Source: Sandaracinaceae bacterium
GTDB taxonomy: Bacteria > Myxococcota_A > Polyangia > Polyangiales > Houyiibacteriaceae
Length of the DNA stretch: 64,000 nt
Direction: 5' to 3'
Assembly (NCBI GenBank): GCA_020633075.1
Contig: JACKEI010000004.1
Location: forward strand, 97,092 to 161,091
Part shown: one piece after another, positions 1-9,847 of the stretch
Layout of the letters: every line of letters begins with the position of its first letter
Position numbering within the stretch: position 1 is the stretch's first letter
The notes under the pieces: model-generated
Told to the model about the DNA's origin: nothing
Databases searched by the model: none
The model's input: only the letters and a program-made list of their open reading frames with translations
Translations under genes and position numbers: made by a program

Positions 1-469
1 AGCGTGGGGCTGCGCGGGTACTTCGACCTGCGCGCACCGACGGCGTACTGAAAACCAAGTCCCCCACACCACGCAGGCCCGCCACTGCGATGGCGAGCGG
101 GCGTCATGCGATCGGTCGCGATGAGGCACCATCGCCCACACGGGCCAGAAGTGTGGGCGTCACCGGTGCCGCGGAACGCGCTCACCGGAAGTTCGCGGGG
201 TCCACGTCGAGCGCGTTGGTCATCTCGTCCCAGACGCGACAACGGCCGTCGGTGCTGGCTTGGTAGATGCCCGTCTTGCCGTCCCAGGGCTCACGGCCCT
301 CCTGGGGCTGCCGCCGCCCCAGGCGCCAAAGGGCGTCGCCTCCGTGTGGACCCCCGGTCGCCGCGAGCTCTCACCAACCCGAAGCTGTGCCTCGTGGATG
401 CTCAGGTAGCACGCAAGAAGGCCGAGCCGCGGTTGCCCGGCGACTCGGCCCTTGCTTGGTCTCACGCGC

Positions 470-1981
470 TCAGGGTGTGCAGCTGGCGACCAGCCGTCCG
501 TCGAAGCGCACGTCCGTGATGCGGACGCCGTCGCTGTCGAAGGCGGCGATACGCCACCACTCGGCGGCGCCGCCGTTGCTGGTGGGGACACCCAGGGACT
601 GCAGCGTGCCGCGCGAGTCGGAGTAGGTGACCGTGGCCCCCGACTGCTCGATGCCGGGCGAGCCCGTGTAGTTGTGCACGCAGTAGACGTAGGTGCCGCG
701 CTCGAGCTGCGTCACCGTGGTGATCTCGGGCCCGAAGGAGGAGGTGTCGTCGGTGTTCAGCTGCACGTAGGGCGCAGCGCCGAGCGAGCCCTTGTTGCCG
801 TAGTAGATGTGCGCGCCGCTGGGGGTCCAGAGGTGCGCGTCGAGGTCGTCCGGAGCCGAGCCCCACGAGAGCGTGAAGGTGGCGTTGACCGCCGCGCCGA
901 TGCCGCCGATGACCAGGTCGTCCAGGAGCGTGGTCTGGCCCACGCCTGGCGTCTGCGTGCGGATGGTCTGGCTGCGGAAGCCCCGGTACACGGCCCACAC
1001 GTCCACGGTGTGGTCGGGGTTCACGGGGATGCGGTAGGTGCCGTTCGCGTCGGTGGTGGTGCCGGAGCCGCCGTTGTAGGTGACGCCGCGGTGCGAGACG
1101 GCCGCGTACGCAAGCGGCTGGTTGTTGGCGTCCACGACGCGCCCGCTCAGGTAGGCCACGGCGTAGGCGAGGTCGAAGTTCCACGTGGTGAAGTGGCTGA
1201 CGCTGCCCACCAGCGCGGTGCCCTGACGGGTGGCCTGGCCCTCCTCGATCCAGACGCCGTTCTCCTCGTCGAAGTACCAGAGGGGCACCGTGTCCGGCGC
1301 GGTCGCGCTGAGCGCCGAGTCCAGCCGCAGGGCCACCTCGACACCGGGCGCGATGGCCACCTCGGCGCCACTCGCGGTGCGCAGCGTCACGTCCACGAAG
1401 CCGAGGCTCTCGAGGGCGCGCTCCGTGCCGGACAGATCACGGCCCACGAAGTCCCCCGGGAAGGCGTCGAAGTCGGTGGAGCTGCTGTAGTCGAAGGCGG
1501 AGAGGCTCACCGTGACCGGCTCCGTGATGGCCGCACCCGAGCCGGCGCTGACGAAGGCGTCGCTCGGGAAGGTCACCGTCTGCGTCCCGCTGCTGACCGT
1601 GCCGCCGGTGGCGGGGTCGATGGTGGCGGTGACCTGCACGGGCGCGACGTGGAGCTCCACCCAAGCCACGACGCCATCGCGCACCTCGATGGTCTCGAAG
1701 GCGTCGCGGTAGCCCTCCGCCGTGGCGCGCACGACCACGCGCTCACCCGCAGGCACGCCCGCCAGCGTGAACCAGCCTTGGCCGTTGGTGGCCGTCTCGC
1801 GGCCCACGATGCTCAGCTGCGCCCCGTCGATGGGCGAGTCCGCGGTGCTGAAGACAGTGCCCATGACGACGCCCCCGGTGAGGGGCTCGGACGTGCCGCC
1901 GGTGTCGCCTCCGCCACACGCGAGCCAGGTACCGGCTACGAGCGCGAGCGCCATGAGACGAAGGATTGAGTAGTTCCGCAT
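470..1981 (-). CDS. secreted lipoprotein with carboxypeptidase-regulatory-like Ig-fold domains and a C-terminal YfaP/DUF2135-like domain
   Basis: ORF 470..2008 trimmed to the internal ATG (MRNYSILRLMALALVAGTWLACGGG, lipobox LAC). GTVFS..DGAQLSIVG..TNGQGWFTLAGVPAG and GRVVDANNQPL..TTDANGTYRIPV resemble CarboxypepD_reg. C-terminal TFTLSWG..DDLDAHLW..IYYGN..LNTDDTSSFGPE resembles DUF2135. Confidence 0.7.
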   Translation of the reverse strand: MRNYSILRLMALALVAGTWLACGGGDTGGTSEPLTGGVVMGTVFSTADSPIDGAQLSIVGRETATNGQGWFTLAGVPAGERVVVRATAEGYRDAFETIEVRDGVVAWVELHVAPVQVTATIDPATGGTVSSGTQTVTFPSDAFVSAGSGAAITEPVTVSLSAFDYSSSTDFDAFPGDFVGRDLSGTERALESLGFVDVTLRTASGAEVAIAPGVEVALRLDSALSATAPDTVPLWYFDEENGVWIEEGQATRQGTALVGSVSHFTTWNFDLAYAVAYLSGRVVDANNQPLAYAAVSHRGVTYNGGSGTTTDANGTYRIPVNPDHTVDVWAVYRGFRSQTIRTQTPGVGQTTLLDDLVIGGIGAAVNATFTLSWGSAPDDLDAHLWTPSGAHIYYGNKGSLGAAPYVQLNTDDTSSFGPEITTVTQLERGTYVYCVHNYTGSPGIEQSGATVTYSDSRGTLQSLGVPTSNGGAAEWWRIAAFDSDGVRITDVRFDGRLVASCTP

Positions 1982-2251
1982 GCATTGCTCCTGTCTTCGA
2001 GTGCGCACGCGGAGCGGTCCACGCGCGCAGGTTGTTTTCAGTCAGGACACAAAGCAACAACTGTTCCGTATCAAAAAGCGCTTATAAACGGGGGGTAGGC
2101 ACAGGCCGGGGCGCATGGAGGACACCATCCCGCGCGCGTGCGCAGACGCTGCGCGAGACGCGCGGGCCGCCCTGTCCCGGCGGCGCGGGGGGCGCGACAA
2201 CCGGCACCACGGACTCGAGCGGCACTCAGCCAGAGCGCTGGACCGCGGGTC

Positions 2252-3520
2252 TCACGAGACGTGCTGCGGAGACATGGACGCGGCCCTGCGCCGTCGCCGG
2301 ACGAGCCACACACCCACGAGCAGCAGCGCGCCGCCGAGAGGCGCCGCCCAGCGCAGAGACTCGCGCAGCCTCCCGAAGCGGAACTGCGACTGCCGCGGCG
2401 GCAGCACCACCGTGCCGCTCGGCGCGCTGACCGGGGCGTCCAGCACGCTCGCCGTGGACGCCGTGATGGGCAGGGGCTCTGGCGCGACCACGCCCAGGTG
2501 GTTCATGACCTCGCGCTCCACGCCGCGGACGTACACGCGCCGGTCCCCGTCGGAGCCGCCCCGGGTGACCTCGTCGGAGCCGAAGCCCAGCCGAGCCTCC
2601 CAGCGCCCCCCGCTGGGCGCGTTGATGATCCCGCCCGCGCGACGCAAGAACATGGCGCTCGAGCCGCCGCCGTCCAGGTTCATGGCGTCGTGCGCGCCGA
2701 TGTCGCGCATGAAGTCCGCGAGCTCGTACAGGTTGAGCCCGCGGCTGCCGTTGCGGCGCCCGTCCACCACCACCAGAAACACGGTGTAGCCGTCACGCGA
2801 GACGCCCACCGCCGTGCGCGGGTGCCGCCCGTAGGCCGCGCCGATGCGGTCGATCTCGGAGTCCGCCACGCTGCCGGCGCGCACCAGCGTCGGGATGCCG
2901 CTGACCGCCGCGCGGTAGTGGTTGTTGGTGGGGGTGCGCCCCGTGCGGTGCGTGATGCGCGCGCGGCCGTCGGCGCGGATGGCAAAGAGCGTGGTCTCGC
3001 CGTCGTCCTCGAGCGAGGGCCAGGCCTCGCCGCCCCCCACCTGCAGCCCGTACGGGTCCGCGAAGCTGGACCAGAAGCCCCCGTTGATGGCCGCCGCGTA
3101 GCCGGGCCCGGTCTCCGCGAACTCGCTCACGGTGGACCAGCGGTCCTCGTGCCGGGTGGCCTCCACGCGTACGCCGGGCGTGTGCAGGTCCACCACGATG
3201 GCGTGGATCACGGCGGGGCGCGTGGTGGTGCGGCGCAGGTAGCGCACGCCGGGGTTGGGTTGGCTCCAGACGTCCTCGTGGGTGACCGGGCGCCCACGCC
3301 GGGCGTCCATCTCGCCGGTGTCCTCGTCGGCCCACGCGGAGGAGGCGCCCAGCAGCGGGCCCACGAGCGCCCCCGCACAGGCCAGGGCGACCAGCATGCG
3401 GGGCAGCGCCGTCACGGCGGTCGCGGCGGTCGCGGGGCTGACGGCGGTCACGGCCAAGAGCGAGGGCGCCGGGCCGGAAGGGCGGGTGGGGGGCGTGGTC
3501 AGCGACATTCGAGCGGTCAT
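2252..3520 (-). CDS. phosphodiester glycosidase (NAGPA/DUF2233) family protein with C-terminal membrane anchor
   Basis: ORF 2252..3598. Motifs AAINGGFW, TAVGVSRDGYTVFLVVVDGR..SRGLNLYELADFM..GAHDAMNLDGGGSSAM are typical of the family. C-terminal hydrophobic helix is followed by RRRRR. Start uncertain (ATG at 3520, 3508 or 3397). Confidence 0.72.
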   Translation of the reverse strand: MTARMSLTTPPTRPSGPAPSLLAVTAVSPATAATAVTALPRMLVALACAGALVGPLLGASSAWADEDTGEMDARRGRPVTHEDVWSQPNPGVRYLRRTTTRPAVIHAIVVDLHTPGVRVEATRHEDRWSTVSEFAETGPGYAAAINGGFWSSFADPYGLQVGGGEAWPSLEDDGETTLFAIRADGRARITHRTGRTPTNNHYRAAVSGIPTLVRAGSVADSEIDRIGAAYGRHPRTAVGVSRDGYTVFLVVVDGRRNGSRGLNLYELADFMRDIGAHDAMNLDGGGSSAMFLRRAGGIINAPSGGRWEARLGFGSDEVTRGGSDGDRRVYVRGVEREVMNHLGVVAPEPLPITASTASVLDAPVSAPSGTVVLPPRQSQFRFGRLRESLRWAAPLGGALLLVGVWLVRRRRRAASMSPQHVS

Positions 3521-3750
3521 GGCTCCCGGGCCGGTGCAAGCATGGTTCCACCGCGAAGGGCGCGCCACGACCGGTGGAATTCGCAACGATCTCAGCAATC
3601 AAGGCCGTGTTGGCGCGCCCGATCGCGGTCCCCTGCACGCGGCGGCGTGGGCCCCCTGCCACGTACTCCCGGACCCCACCCGGCCGCGTCTTGGCCCGCG
3701 CGCTGCAGTCTGAGTGAAACGCTTCTTGCGCTTCGGCATACCAACGCCCC

Positions 3751-4284
3751 ATGAGACTCGCCATCGGCACCCCCGCGCCCGCGTTCCGCGGCACCACCTG
3801 GGACGGCCAGCCCGTCGCCCTCTCCGACTACCAAGGCAAGAAGCTGTGGCTGGCCTTCTTCCGCTACGCCTCGTGCCCGCTCTGCAACGTGCGCGTGCGC
3901 GCCATCTACCGAAAGGTGGACGAGCTCAGCGCGGCGGGCGTGTCGGTGGTGGCCGTGTTCCAGTCGCCGGGCGAGAAGGTGCGCGAGTACGTGCTGGAGG
4001 GCGACGAGCCCCCCATGCCCATCATCGCGGACCCGGCCATGAAGCTCTACGAGCAGTACGCCCTCGAGCGCTCGGTCATGGGCTTCCTCAACCCCCGCAA
4101 CCTGGGTGGGCTGCTCGAGGCGCGCGCGCAGAAGGTCGGCGGCATGTCGCCGGACGGACCCATGGACCGCATCCCGGGGGACTTCCTGATCGGCCCCGAC
4201 GGGAAGCTGGTGGACGTGTTCTACGGCTCGGCCATCGGGGACCACATCCCCTTCGAGCGCGTGGACGCGTTCATGGCCCGCTGA
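3751..4284 (+). CDS. peroxiredoxin-like (AhpC/TSA/redoxin, thioredoxin-fold) protein
   Basis: ATG start. GTPAPAF..G..V.LSDYQGKKLWLAFFRYASCPLCN (CxxC) and PGDFLIGPDGKLV are thioredoxin-fold peroxiredoxin-like signatures. Confidence 0.85.
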   Translation: MRLAIGTPAPAFRGTTWDGQPVALSDYQGKKLWLAFFRYASCPLCNVRVRAIYRKVDELSAAGVSVVAVFQSPGEKVREYVLEGDEPPMPIIADPAMKLYEQYALERSVMGFLNPRNLGGLLEARAQKVGGMSPDGPMDRIPGDFLIGPDGKLVDVFYGSAIGDHIPFERVDAFMAR

Positions 4285-4308
4285 GGCCAGCACACCGCTA
4301 GCGCGTGT

Positions 4309-4329
4309 CGTGCCCTCGCGGAGGGCACG
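4309..4329. terminator. perfect 9-bp stem / 3-nt loop hairpin between convergent genes (possible bidirectional terminator)
   Basis: CGTGCCCTC-gcg-GAGGGCACG read directly. It lies between the stop at 4282-4284 (+) and the stop at 4337-4339 (-). No U-tract, so intrinsic-terminator function is uncertain. Confidence 0.35.
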
Positions 4330-4336
4330 CAGGCTG

Positions 4337-5593
4337 TCACTCGTACTCGCCGATCAGCTCGACGTCGTCGATCAACCACGAGTCGGTCGAGCTGCTGGAG
4401 CGGGCCGTCAGGCGAATGCCCACCTGCCCAACATCCGCGGGGAAGACGACCTCGACCGTGCTGTAGCCGTCGGCCAGGTAGCCCGTGGGTGTCCTCTGGA
4501 ACAACGCCTCGACCATCGGGAGCGAGTCCACCAGCGCCACCCCCGTGCCCTCGTAGCCCCAGAAGCTGTTGTTGTTCACAGAACCTCGGAGACGTACGCG
4601 GCTGTAGTAGGTCATGCCGCCGTCGGTGCTCAGCTCCACCAACACGTAGTCCAGGTCGTCGGGACCGCCCGAGGCGGAAGTCAAGCTCATGGCCGCCAGT
4701 CGGAAGCGGAGACGCACACGCACGAAGCCGGCTGGCACGGTCACGTTGCTGAACGTGAGCACCTGACCCCCAGAGACGCTGACCGTGTGCCATGCGCGCG
4801 AGCCGCCAATTCCCAACGGGCTGTCGGGTGGAGCGGCCATGGAGCCGGAGAAGCCCTCCTGAAAGTCAGCCGTGCCCGAGTACGACCACGCGGGCGCCGC
4901 CGGCGACACCTCGAAGTCCTGCCGGGCCAGCACCAAGGGCGGAAAGACGCACGTGCCCATCGTGCAGACGCCTGTCGTCATGCAGGTTGTCCCGTCGTCC
5001 GCGACCGGGTCTGGACACACGCCCGTGCCTGGGTCGCAGATGCCCACGTCGTGGCACTCGTCGAGCGCCACGCACACCACCGGGTCGGCGCCCGTGCACA
5101 CCCCCAGCTGGCACGTGTCGGCTTGCGTGCACGCGTTGCCGTCGTCGCAGCTGCTGTCGTCGTCACGCGCCGGGTCGCTGCACACGCCCGTGCCCGGGTC
5201 GCAGGTGCCCACGTCGTGGCACTGGTCCAGCGCCGTGCACACCACCGGGTCGGCGCCCGTGCACACCCCCAGCTGGCACGTGTCGGCTTGCGTGCACGCG
5301 TTGCCATCGTCGCAGCTGCTGTCGTCGTCCAGCGAGCTGTGCTGGCACTGCCCCTCGGCGTTGCACGAGTCCGTGGTGCAGGCCTCGCCGTCGTCGCACT
5401 CGTCCGCCGACGTGCACCGCGTCCCTGCGTCGTCCGTCAGGCCCTCGTCGTTGGCTGCATCGGTGGCGCCGCCGTCTGGCGTGAGCATGGCGTCCGTGGA
5501 CGCATCCGGGGATGCACCGCCACCTCCAGAGCACGCGGGAAGTGCCAGCGTGGCGCCCAAGAGGAGCAGCGTGGGGATGCGGAGCATGTTCAT
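4337..5593 (-). CDS. lipoprotein with myxobacterial-type cysteine-rich repeats and a C-terminal beta-rich domain
   Basis: ORF 4337..5833 trimmed to MNMLRIPTLLLLGATLALPACSGGGG (lipobox). It has repeated DDDSSCDDGNACTQADTCQLGVCTGADPVVC..CHDVG.CDPGTGVC modules. Confidence 0.8.
   Translation of the reverse strand: MNMLRIPTLLLLGATLALPACSGGGGASPDASTDAMLTPDGGATDAANDEGLTDDAGTRCTSADECDDGEACTTDSCNAEGQCQHSSLDDDSSCDDGNACTQADTCQLGVCTGADPVVCTALDQCHDVGTCDPGTGVCSDPARDDDSSCDDGNACTQADTCQLGVCTGADPVVCVALDECHDVGICDPGTGVCPDPVADDGTTCMTTGVCTMGTCVFPPLVLARQDFEVSPAAPAWSYSGTADFQEGFSGSMAAPPDSPLGIGGSRAWHTVSVSGGQVLTFSNVTVPAGFVRVRLRFRLAAMSLTSASGGPDDLDYVLVELSTDGGMTYYSRVRLRGSVNNNSFWGYEGTGVALVDSLPMVEALFQRTPTGYLADGYSTVEVVFPADVGQVGIRLTARSSSSTDSWLIDDVELIGEYE
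5016..5329 (-). repeat. two tandem copies of a 165-bp period (55 codons) inside the Cys-rich lipoprotein gene
   Basis: Core 149 nt at 5016-5164 and 5181-5329 differ at 7 positions by manual alignment. The flanking 16-nt linkers are also related. Confidence 0.9.
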
Positions 5594-5671
5594 GGCGGCA
5601 TAGTTACACAAATACGGAAGAATCCGTATCCGCAACGGTCGCGCGGCGGGGGCAGCTGGTAGCGTGGCTTC

Positions 5672-6760
5672 GTGATTCATCGCGATCTGTGGGTTGATCG
5701 TACGCCTCGTACGCTGTTGTTCGTTCTCGTCCTGAGCGTGGTCGCCAGCGGCTGCGGCGGTGGCGGGGGCGGCTCCGACGACGCGGGCCACGGCGGCAGC
5801 GACGGGGGCGCGCAGGACGGCAGCACCCCGCACGACGGCAGCGTGCGCGACGGTGACGTACCGGACGGTGCGGCCCGCGACGGTGACCTGCTGGCCGACG
5901 GTGACGTGCTAGCTGACGGCGCCACCGCGGACAGCAGCTCTGCGGGCGACGCTGGCGGCACGGATGGTGGCTCGACCCCCGACGCGGGCGGGAGCTCGGA
6001 CGCGGGCATGGGCGGCTCCGACGGGGGGGCGGCGGGCGACGCGGGAGTGACCGACGCGGGAGTGACCGACGCGGGACCCCTCGTCTGTTACGACGCGACC
6101 TTCTCCAATACGGGCCGCGTGGAGGCGCCCACCAGCCCCCTCTTCAACCCGGCGGGCTCGTTCACGCTCGAGGCCTGGATCGCGCCCGCCACCGTCACCT
6201 CCAGCCTCTCGCGCCGGGTCATCGCGGCGCACTACGGGCGCGCACAGGACCAGAACCTCGCGTACCGCATCGCGCTCGACAGCAACGGGCAGCTGGTGGC
6301 CACGGCCTCGCGCTTCGGGGCGTCTTACTCCGACTACGTACACCCCACGGTGCTGACGGCGGGCACGTTTCACCACGTGGCCATGGTGGTCGACACCACC
6401 GCGCAGACCCTCACCATGTACGTGGACGGCGTCCCGGGTCAGGCGTGGTTCGCGGGCCTCTCCGCCATCAACGCCACCACGCAGCCCTTCACCATCGGCG
6501 ACTACGACGCCAGCCTGACGGCCCTGGCCAGCAGCCCCTTCTCGGGCGTCATCTCCGATGTGCGCCTCTCGAACGGCACCCGCTACACGGCCACGTTCAC
6601 CCCCGCCGTGCGCCTAGCCGCGGACGCCATGACCGTCGCCCTCTACCCGCTGGACGAGGCCCCCGGCGTCAGCGTCCGGCGCGACATCTCCGGCAACGGC
6701 CTGCACGCGAGCGTCACCAGCGCCGACGTGACCGCCACCCCCGCCGCCAGCTGCCGCTAG
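5672..6760 (+). CDS. LamG (concanavalin-A-like lectin/glucanase fold) domain lipoprotein
   Basis: GTG start. Signal plus lipobox VVASGC, then a D/G-rich linker. FTLEAWI..., FHHVAMVVD..TLTMYVDG..., FTIGD..FSGVISDVRLSN are typical Laminin_G_3 strings. Confidence 0.72.
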   Translation: MIHRDLWVDRTPRTLLFVLVLSVVASGCGGGGGGSDDAGHGGSDGGAQDGSTPHDGSVRDGDVPDGAARDGDLLADGDVLADGATADSSSAGDAGGTDGGSTPDAGGSSDAGMGGSDGGAAGDAGVTDAGVTDAGPLVCYDATFSNTGRVEAPTSPLFNPAGSFTLEAWIAPATVTSSLSRRVIAAHYGRAQDQNLAYRIALDSNGQLVATASRFGASYSDYVHPTVLTAGTFHHVAMVVDTTAQTLTMYVDGVPGQAWFAGLSAINATTQPFTIGDYDASLTALASSPFSGVISDVRLSNGTRYTATFTPAVRLAADAMTVALYPLDEAPGVSVRRDISGNGLHASVTSADVTATPAASCR

Positions 6761-6812
6761 CTGGAAGCGTCGCCGTTTGATGTGACGGCCCGTCCGTGGG
6801 AAGCCTCGGGCC

Positions 6813-7846
6813 ATGACGACCATGATGCCCCCCGAGTGGGCCCCGCACGACGCGTGCTGGCTCGCGTTTCCTCACCTCGCCGTCGAGTGGCAGGGGCACC
6901 TCGAGCAGGCCCAGGCCGACATCGCCGCGTTCGCGCGCGCGCTGGTGGCCGCCGGCGAGAGGGTGGAGCTGCTGGTGCACACGGAGGCCGTGGAGCAGGC
7001 CGCTCGCGCGCTGGTCGGAGACGTGGCCGAGGTGCGGTACCACCGCGTGCCCTACGGCGACTGCTGGGTGCGCGACACCGGCTGCGTGTTCGTCACGGAG
7101 CCCGACCCGCAGGCTCCCGGTCAGCAGCGGCTCGCGGCGCGCTCCTTCGTGTTCGACAGCTGGGGTGGCAAGTTCGACATGCCCGGGGACCCCGAGGTCT
7201 CCATGAAGATGGCCGAGCTAGCGGAGGTCCCGGCGCAGCGCGCGGAGTTCGTGCTGGAGGGGGGCGGCATCGAGACCGATGGCCTCGGCACCTTCCTGGT
7301 GACCGACTGCGTGGTGGACCGCAACCGCGGCTGGACGCGCGAGACCGCCGCGCAGGAGCTGATGCGCACGCTGGGCGCGAAGGTGGTCCACTTCGCGGAC
7401 GGGCTGCTGCAGAACGACCACACCGACGGGCACATCGACACGCTGGCGCGCTTCATCGCGCCCGGGAAGGTGGTGTGCATGGCGCCGCGTGACGACCGCG
7501 ACCCGAACGGTGGCGTCCTGCTGGAGGTCATCGCCTCGCTCGAGGGCAAGCGCGACGCGCGCGGCGAGCCGCTCGAGGTGGTGACCATCCCGTCGCCGGG
7601 CGCCGTGATCATCGACGACTTCCTGACCCCGGCCAGCTACTGCAACTTCTACATCGCGAACCGCGCCGTGCTGCTGCCGGCCTACGGCGTGCCCGGTGAC
7701 GAGCTGGCGCGCGCGGCCCTCGCGCCACACTTCCCGGACCACGAGGTGGTGCTGGTCCCCGCTCGCGGCTTGATCGTGGGCGGCGGTGGGCTGCATTGTG
7801 CCTCTCAGCAACAACCGAGCGCGCCACGCGCGGAAGGAGCCCGAGG

Positions 7847-7850
<4 letters not shown>
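6813..7850 (+). CDS. aguA: agmatine deiminase
   Basis: MPPEWAPHDACWLAFPH..W, CWVRDTG, HTDGHIDTLARF and C-terminal GGGGLHCASQQQP (catalytic Cys) match the PAD_porph/agmatine deiminase family. Confidence 0.9.
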
Positions 7851-8710
<860 letters not shown>

Positions 8711-8846
8711 TCGCGCGCGCGCGTGCTTCCGTGCGCGGGCGGCACACTGAGTTGCCGATTCGATACGGTCCCGGCGGTCGAGCTGGCCGCACTGGCTACA
8801 AACGCGCGTGATCCGGTTGGCACGTGTCGTGCTGTACTTCAGGGGC

Positions 8847-9779
8847 ATGAGGTCGACGCGTGTCCCACCGGGTTGGTTGCTTTCCGGGCTGACGGCGCTG
8901 CTGTGCGCGGCGGCTGCCGGGTGTGCGGAGGAGCGCATCCTGTTTCCCCCGGACCTGGGCCACGAGCCCTTCCCATCGAACCCGGACGCGCGGCTGCAGC
9001 GGCACTCGCTCTACGTGTATCCAGGTGCCTGCTACGACATCGAAATCGACAGCGTCGAGAGCCCGTGGGACCTGCGCGCGCGCGGCGACGAGATCGCGAG
9101 CGCCACCACGGTGGTGAACTCGGGCATCTTTGCGGGTGCTTGGCTGCGGGTGTGCGGAGAGTCCGTGGGCACGACGCAAGTGGCGCTGCTCGACGCCTAC
9201 CTGCCCCTCGACCAGGTCGAGGTCGAGGTCGCGGCCTGGGAGTCGCTGGTCTTCATGCCCGTGCAGAACGTGTTCCCTGACACCTACGCGCCCGTGCGCG
9301 GGGCCATCGGATTGCTCGCGGGTCGCGGCGCCTTCCTGTACGTGGTCCCCGCGTCGGCCGACGGGCGCGTCTTCGACGCTTTCTACCAGGACTACACGCA
9401 CATCGCCGTGGATGCGGCGGTCGCCGTCACCAACGACACCGGCAACGCCTTTCAGCTCGAGTCCGCTGCCGCGGGTACGTACGCCGTCACGCTCGTGGGG
9501 GAACCAAGCGGAAGAACCGTGGACCTGGTCGTGGTGGACCCGAGCGCGATCGAGAGCCTCGAGATCACCTCCCTCGTACGCCGCACAGGCTCGGTTGCGT
9601 ACTCGGTGGTGGGCCTCACCGCGACGGGGCTGCGCATCCTCGGCCTCGACGTGGAGCTGACCGTCGACGGGGTGGTGGTCCCACCGCGCGACGGACGCTG
9701 GCTCTTCCAGAGCAGCGCCGAGGGAGCCGCAGGCGCCGTGGTGCGCGCGACCTGGAACGGGCTCGAAGCGACTCTCTGA
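8847..9779 (+). CDS. hypothetical lipoprotein
   Basis: ORF 8808..9779 trimmed to MRSTRVPPGWLLSGLTALLCAAAAGC (lipobox). GC3-rich coding frame. No recognisable domain. Confidence 0.62.
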   Translation: MRSTRVPPGWLLSGLTALLCAAAAGCAEERILFPPDLGHEPFPSNPDARLQRHSLYVYPGACYDIEIDSVESPWDLRARGDEIASATTVVNSGIFAGAWLRVCGESVGTTQVALLDAYLPLDQVEVEVAAWESLVFMPVQNVFPDTYAPVRGAIGLLAGRGAFLYVVPASADGRVFDAFYQDYTHIAVDAAVAVTNDTGNAFQLESAAAGTYAVTLVGEPSGRTVDLVVVDPSAIESLEITSLVRRTGSVAYSVVGLTATGLRILGLDVELTVDGVVVPPRDGRWLFQSSAEGAAGAVVRATWNGLEATL

Positions 9780-9847
9780 CCGCGCGAGAGCTGCGTCACG
9801 GGCCTCTTGCGCACGACGGGCTTGACGCGGCTCTTCCTTCGGCTACT

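Noticed and set aside
1-51. Possible 3-prime end of a plus-strand gene (..SVGLRGYFDLRAPTAY*) at the left edge.
   Set aside because: Only 16 codons are visible. GC3 is high, but that is not enough to support a feature.
182-370. Minus-strand coding-like frame (..PWDGKTGIYQASTDGRCRVWDEMTNALDVDPANFR*) in the gap before the first gene.
   Set aside because: The 62-codon open frame is bounded upstream by an in-frame stop and has no ATG, GTG or TTG near its beginning. It may be a pseudogene remnant or a gene with a frameshift, but it cannot be supported from sequence alone.
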